From Trinickia sp. (GTDB lineage: Bacteria; Pseudomonadota; Gammaproteobacteria; Burkholderiales; Burkholderiaceae), in contig DASVLS010000018.1 in the NCBI GenBank assembly GCA_036384755.1, forward strand, positions 11,764 to 75,763: a stretch of DNA of 64,000 nt, read 5' to 3'. Position 1 is the stretch's first letter, and each line of letters opens with the position of its first letter. Both the position numbers and the translations under genes were made by a program. Positions 59,660 through 64,000 of the stretch are shown piece by piece. Below the pieces are notes generated by a model. The model had not been told where the DNA came from and did not search any database. It was given only the letters and a program-made list of their open reading frames with translations.

Positions 59660-59918
59660 TTAGCCGGCGCCATGGCTGACATAAAGAAAACGTCGCCCAA
59701 ACGCATGCCGATGCATCGGGCGAATCAAGCAGGGTCGAAACATTTACTGCGAATTGCCGATATTAATTTCCCCTTATCACGGCAGCTAGCATCTTTTCTT
59801 CGGTCGCTTAATAAGGGCCGGGGCGGTGCGCAGGGCCGCTCGCCCGGCCCTCGCTGTCGCGGCGTCGCGATCTAGCCATCGGCGGCCGCAGAGGACATCG
59901 TGCCGATCGTCGTTCTTA

Positions 59919-62225
59919 TCATTGCGCCCCGACCGAGTGAAACAGTTCCTCTTCCTGAGCGCAATGCAGCCGCACGACGGCTTCCAGCCCATACAGCAGA
60001 CGCTGCACCTCTTGCATTCGCCGCATATCGGGCCCGTCTGACGGCATGTTCGCCGTCATCTGTTTGAGCAAGCGCGTCATCCTGAAGATCTCCCGGTGCG
60101 CACCGCTCATCGCCGCCAACGGATCCTCGCCGCCGAGCAGCGGGGCAAGACGCGGATAAACGTCGACGTCGTCGCTGCGCTCGTGCGGAATCAACTGCCG
60201 ATCGAGCGAATCGCTCAAGACTGAAAGCGCCTTCGCCACTGCAACGCCGGGCAGGTCGGGCAGACCGTCCGCGAGGTCCCGAATCTGCTTTAGCACCGGA
60301 GCCAGCGCCGCATGTTCGGTTTTCAACCGATCGATATCGATTTGCGCGAACTCGCCGGGACCGGCGGCAGAGACGGCGAGCGAAGCAGCCGAAGCGAACG
60401 AGGCGCGCAACGCGTTGACGATGACGATCACGTCGATCGCTTCTTGAAGTATCGCGCCCGCGATGGGCGGCAGATAGCCGAAAACGGCGACGATCATCGC
60501 CGCGATCGAGAGTCCCATGCCGCCCGCGACGCTTTGTACCGCGATGCGGCGCGCCCGCCGCGCGATACGGATGGCATCGACGAGGCGATCGAGACGGTCC
60601 ACGAGCAGCACCACGTCGGCGGCCTCGGAGGATGCCGCCGCGCCGCGCGCGCCCATGGCGACGCCCACGTCGGCCGCCGCCAGCGCAGGCGCGTCGTTGA
60701 CGCCGTCGCCGACCATGATGACCACGCCCTCGGTTCGCGCCGCCTCGACCGCATGCAACTTGTCGGCCGGCGTCTGCTCGGCTTGGACTTGCGTGACGCC
60801 GAGCAGCGCGCCGACCGTTTCCGCAACATCGCGTCGATCGCCGGTCAGCATAACGAGCCGGCGGATTCCCTCGCGCTTGAGCAACCGCAGCGCCCTGGGC
60901 GTCTCCAGCCTCAATTGATCCGCCATGCGTATCGCGCCGATCATGATGCCGTCCACGGCGACAAAGACGGCCGCTCCTTCCTCGTAGGCCATATCGCTGA
61001 GAAAGCGCTCGCTCCAAGGCCCTGCCGCTGCATGCGCACCAACGTAGGCAAAGCCGCCGATCGTGACCGTGCGGCCGTCCACCGTGCCCGTCAAGCCGGC
61101 TCCGGGCGTTTCCTCGACGGATACGGGCGGGAGCAAAGCGACATTGCGCTCGCGCGCCGCGATCGTCAGCGCCTCCGAAATGAGGTGGCCTGAGGCTTGC
61201 GCCAACGAGGCGGCCCATCGCAGCACCGAATCGGCGTCCACGTCCGGGGCGCGATCGATGGACACGAGCCGCGCGCGCCCGCCGGTGAGCGTGCCCGTTT
61301 TGTCGAAGAATAGAATCGACGCCTGCGCCAGCCGCTCCAGCGCCCCGCCGCCTTTGACAAGCACGCCGCGCTTGGCGCAACGCGACATCCCCGAGACGAT
61401 CGCAACGGGGACCGCGAGAATCAGCGGACACGGGGTCGCCACGACGAGCACCGCAAGCGCGCGTGCCACGTTGCCCCCCGCCAGCCAACCGGCGCCGGCC
61501 AGCAGAAGCGAGGCCAGCACGAAATAAGCGGCATAGCGATCGGCGAGCCGAACGGAGGGGCTCCGTTCGCGCTGCGCCGACCGGACCATACGCGCGATGC
61601 CGGCCAGCGTGCTCTCTCGCGCCGGCGCGGATGCGATCATCTCGAACGGTGCACCTGCGTTCACGACGCCGCTGCATACCGCTTCGCCCGCCGATCTTCG
61701 CCGAACCGCTGCTTCCCCCGTCAGCATCGATTCGTCGATTTCCGCGATACCGGTCAGCGATCCGTCGACGGGCACGAACGCTCCGCCTCGCACGAGCAGC
61801 CGATCGCCCGGGCATACGACGTCGAGTGCGACCTCGCGCCACTGCGCTTGCTCGAAGCGCACCGCCGTGCGCGGCGCCCGGCTGAGCAAGGCGGTCATCT
61901 CCCGCTTCGCACGGCTGCTGGCATAGCGTTCCAGCGCGCGCCCGCTCGCGACCATCAACGCAATGACGGCGGCGGTAAGGGTCTCGCCGAGCGCCAATGC
62001 AAGTCCGATCGCCAGCCACGCAAGGATATCCACGCCCGGCTGCCGTCTGAGCATTGCCTTGGCGATGGAGACCGTCAGAGCGAGCATGACCGGCAATGCG
62101 CCGGCGAGCCACAGCCTATCCGCGCCGGCGCCCATGCCGATGACGGCGAAAACGGCGCCCACGGCCAGCGTGGCCGCGGAGGCGATCAGCAGCACGAAGT
62201 CGACAAGCAAAGAAAATCGCGACAT
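59919..62225 (-). CDS. P1B-5-type heavy-metal ATPase with C-terminal hemerythrin domain
   Basis: ESMLTGE, TM motif TPCP, DKTGT, GDGVND, QEAID; tail with EH...HERSD...H...HCAQEE hemerythrin ligands. Confidence 0.9.
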   Translation of the reverse strand: MSRFSLLVDFVLLIASAATLAVGAVFAVIGMGAGADRLWLAGALPVMLALTVSIAKAMLRRQPGVDILAWLAIGLALALGETLTAAVIALMVASGRALERYASSRAKREMTALLSRAPRTAVRFEQAQWREVALDVVCPGDRLLVRGGAFVPVDGSLTGIAEIDESMLTGEAAVRRRSAGEAVCSGVVNAGAPFEMIASAPARESTLAGIARMVRSAQRERSPSVRLADRYAAYFVLASLLLAGAGWLAGGNVARALAVLVVATPCPLILAVPVAIVSGMSRCAKRGVLVKGGGALERLAQASILFFDKTGTLTGGRARLVSIDRAPDVDADSVLRWAASLAQASGHLISEALTIAARERNVALLPPVSVEETPGAGLTGTVDGRTVTIGGFAYVGAHAAAGPWSERFLSDMAYEEGAAVFVAVDGIMIGAIRMADQLRLETPRALRLLKREGIRRLVMLTGDRRDVAETVGALLGVTQVQAEQTPADKLHAVEAARTEGVVIMVGDGVNDAPALAAADVGVAMGARGAAASSEAADVVLLVDRLDRLVDAIRIARRARRIAVQSVAGGMGLSIAAMIVAVFGYLPPIAGAILQEAIDVIVIVNALRASFASAASLAVSAAGPGEFAQIDIDRLKTEHAALAPVLKQIRDLADGLPDLPGVAVAKALSVLSDSLDRQLIPHERSDDVDVYPRLAPLLGGEDPLAAMSGAHREIFRMTRLLKQMTANMPSDGPDMRRMQEVQRLLYGLEAVVRLHCAQEEELFHSVGAQ

Positions 62226-62278
62226 GGCACGGACGTGAACGATTCGATTCGATCGTACGTTCGGCGCTTTCGATAGGC

Positions 62279-62315
62279 TTGATTTGAAGCAAAGCTCCAG
62301 CTTGACATCGGTCAA
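62279..62315. promoter_or_regulatory. Two FNR/Anr-like boxes in the ATPase/USP divergent gap
   Basis: TTGAT-ttga-AGCAA at 62279-62292 and TTGAC-atcg-GTCAA at 62302-62315. Confidence 0.65.
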
Positions 62316-62382
62316 ACGATGCACCGCCATCCGCCGACACAATCTTCCTACCCGAGACTGCCCGCCACCTGCGAGGAGAATC

Positions 62383-63354
62383 ATGAACGCCCCGGCTTCC
62401 TCCCGCCCGCATCCTACGCTGCCCGCCAAAGTACTCATCGCGGTGGACGCTTCTTCCGCATCGCAACATGCCGTCGCTTATGCGCGAACGCTCGTCGCCC
62501 CCGGTGGCGAGGTGCGACTCGTCAGCATTGCCGAGAATCCCCGCACGCTCGTTCCGATGGGCACGCTCGTCGCCGCCGCGCTCGACTCGGCTCGGGCCGA
62601 ATTGGCGCGCGACGCCGACGAAGCACTTGCCAAGGCACGTGAGGTTTTCGCCGGAAAGGACGTTCGCGTCGACACGGCAGTAATCGATCTATCGAAGGTC
62701 GGCGGCAATATCGTGCACGCGCTTATCGATGCGGCGCAGACGTGGCAGGCCGATCTGATCGTGGTGGGCGCCCGTCAGCATCGTGGCTTGCTGAGATGGG
62801 TAGAGGGCGCCGTGTCGGAACCGCTGGCCAGGCTTTCGCACTGCCCGATTCTGATTGTTCCCTCGGCCTATTCGATCAAGCCGGATCGATTGCCCGAGCA
62901 CATTCTGTTCGCGGTGGACGGCAGCCGTCATGCCGAGGACGCGTTGCAATACGGCATGCGGTTCGCGGCGCACGACACCGAACTGATGGCGGTGTACGTC
63001 GTCGATCGCGCCGTGCGCCTGACGGACTTCGTGCCGATCGACGTACTCGAGGACGCCTTCATCGAAGAAGGACAGCAAGCGCTCGCGGCGGCCAAAACGC
63101 TGCTTGCCGCGGCTTCCGATCAAGTGGCTACGCGGCTCGCCGAAACCGAACGCACAGGCGACGACATCGCCCATACGATCGTGCGCGAAGCCGATCATTG
63201 GAACGCGGATCTCATCGTCATGGGCACGCACGGGCGCCGCGGCATGGCTCGCTGGATGCTCGGCAGCGTCGCGGAGCGGGTCGCTCGCCTGGCTCATGCG
63301 CCGTTGCTGCTCGTCCATTCGGCCGAAGGCCGAAGGCTGAACGCTGAACGCTGA
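62383..63354 (+). CDS. Tandem two-domain universal stress protein
   Basis: VLIAVDAS / ILFAVDGS, ADLIVVG and ADLIVMGTHGRRG...LGSVAE motifs; GAGGAG RBS. Confidence 0.93.
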   Translation: MNAPASSRPHPTLPAKVLIAVDASSASQHAVAYARTLVAPGGEVRLVSIAENPRTLVPMGTLVAAALDSARAELARDADEALAKAREVFAGKDVRVDTAVIDLSKVGGNIVHALIDAAQTWQADLIVVGARQHRGLLRWVEGAVSEPLARLSHCPILIVPSAYSIKPDRLPEHILFAVDGSRHAEDALQYGMRFAAHDTELMAVYVVDRAVRLTDFVPIDVLEDAFIEEGQQALAAAKTLLAAASDQVATRLAETERTGDDIAHTIVREADHWNADLIVMGTHGRRGMARWMLGSVAERVARLAHAPLLLVHSAEGRRLNAER

Positions 63355-63406
63355 ACGCGCCAACCGACGGTCGCGGGCGGCGCGGCGCGCCATGACGCGC
63401 CAGCCT

Positions 63407-64000
63407 TTAAGCCGACAGCTTGAATTCGCCGACTGCCTGCGCGAGCTTTGCCGCCTGCTCGCGCAGCATTTGCGCGGCAGCCGCCGATTCCTCGACGAGC
63501 GCCGCGTTCTGTTGCGTCGTGTTGTCGAGCTGCGCAAGCGCCTGATTCACTTGACCGAGTCCCAAACTCTGTTCGTTCGCGGCCACCGAAATTTCGGCGA
63601 TCACGCTCGTGATGCCGCGCACGCCTTCGACGATCTCGTCCATCGTCGCGCCGGCCGTCTGCACCAATGCCGAACCGCTCTCGATTCGCTCGACCGACGA
63701 GCCGATCAGTTGCTTGATCTCCTTGGCCGCCTGCGCGCTGCGTTGCGCAAGCGCGCGCACCTCGCCGGCCACCACTGCGAAGCCGCGCCCGTGTTCGCTG
63801 GCGCGCGCCGCTTCGACAGCCGCGTTGAGCGCGAGAATATTCGTCTGGAACGCAATGCCGTCGATCACGCCGATGATGTTCGCGATCTCCGTCGAGGCTT
63901 TCGTGATCGCATCCATCGTGGCAACGACATCGCCCACCACTTGGCCGCCGCGCGTCGCCACGTTCGACGCCGATTCCGCGAGCTGGCTGACCTGCGTGGC
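63407..64000 (-). CDS. Methyl-accepting chemotaxis protein, C-terminal part (5' end beyond the window)
   Basis: [19 protein letters not shown] and [15 protein letters not shown] motifs. Confidence 0.92.
   Translation of the reverse strand, partial: ATQVSQLAESASNVATRGGQVVGDVVATMDAITKASTEIANIIGVIDGIAFQTNILALNAAVEAARASEHGRGFAVVAGEVRALAQRSAQAAKEIKQLIGSSVERIESGSALVQTAGATMDEIVEGVRGITSVIAEISVAANEQSLGLGQVNQALAQLDNTTQQNAALVEESAAAAQMLREQAAKLAQAVGEFKLSA

Noticed and set aside
63336..63358. (gctgaac)x3 heptamer at the USP stop codon
   Set aside because: Only three copies, affecting at most the last few residues; no sign of phase variation.
1..64000. CRISPR arrays, IS elements, integrases, tRNA/rRNA, prophage genes
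   Set aside because: No repeat-spacer periodicity, transposase or integrase motifs, or structural RNA signatures were seen.
63407..64000. Sequence similarity between the two MCP genes as a possible recent duplication
   Set aside because: Similarity is confined to the universally conserved signalling hairpin.

Overview
GC-rich betaproteobacterial chromosome segment; the porin family and protein sequences point to Burkholderiaceae (my inference). It holds about 48 intact or partial CDSs and three clear gene remnants, plus a possible fourth. I found no rRNA, tRNA, CRISPR array, transposase or integrase. In order: (1) choline-O-sulfate module (porin, substrate-binding protein, betC, LysR); (2) a solo P-loop ATPase whose start codon lies inside a 62-bp near-perfect palindrome; (3) LysR, a sigma28-type chemoreceptor and DUF1445; (4) a Fic protein whose catalytic His codon reads Arg; (5) a 14.5-kb amine/organic-acid catabolic cluster of unknown substrate; (6) ilvD, a 49-aa small membrane protein, a diguanylate cyclase, gcd and an MFS/LysR pair; (7) a split ACAD10/11-like operon; (8) from 41.7 kb, a region carrying four FNR/Anr-like boxes. 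That region encodes an ACP-FAAL-acyltransferase fusion, cytochromes b562/b561, an MFP-RND-DUF2892-TolC-SQR-SulP operon, a GGDEF-EAL sensor, a hemerythrin-tailed P1B-5 ATPase and a tandem USP. The best candidate for an undescribed system is the low-oxygen sulfide-oxidation plus RND-export operon. The ATPase with its palindrome is second. All family assignments come from motif recognition by eye; no searches were run.
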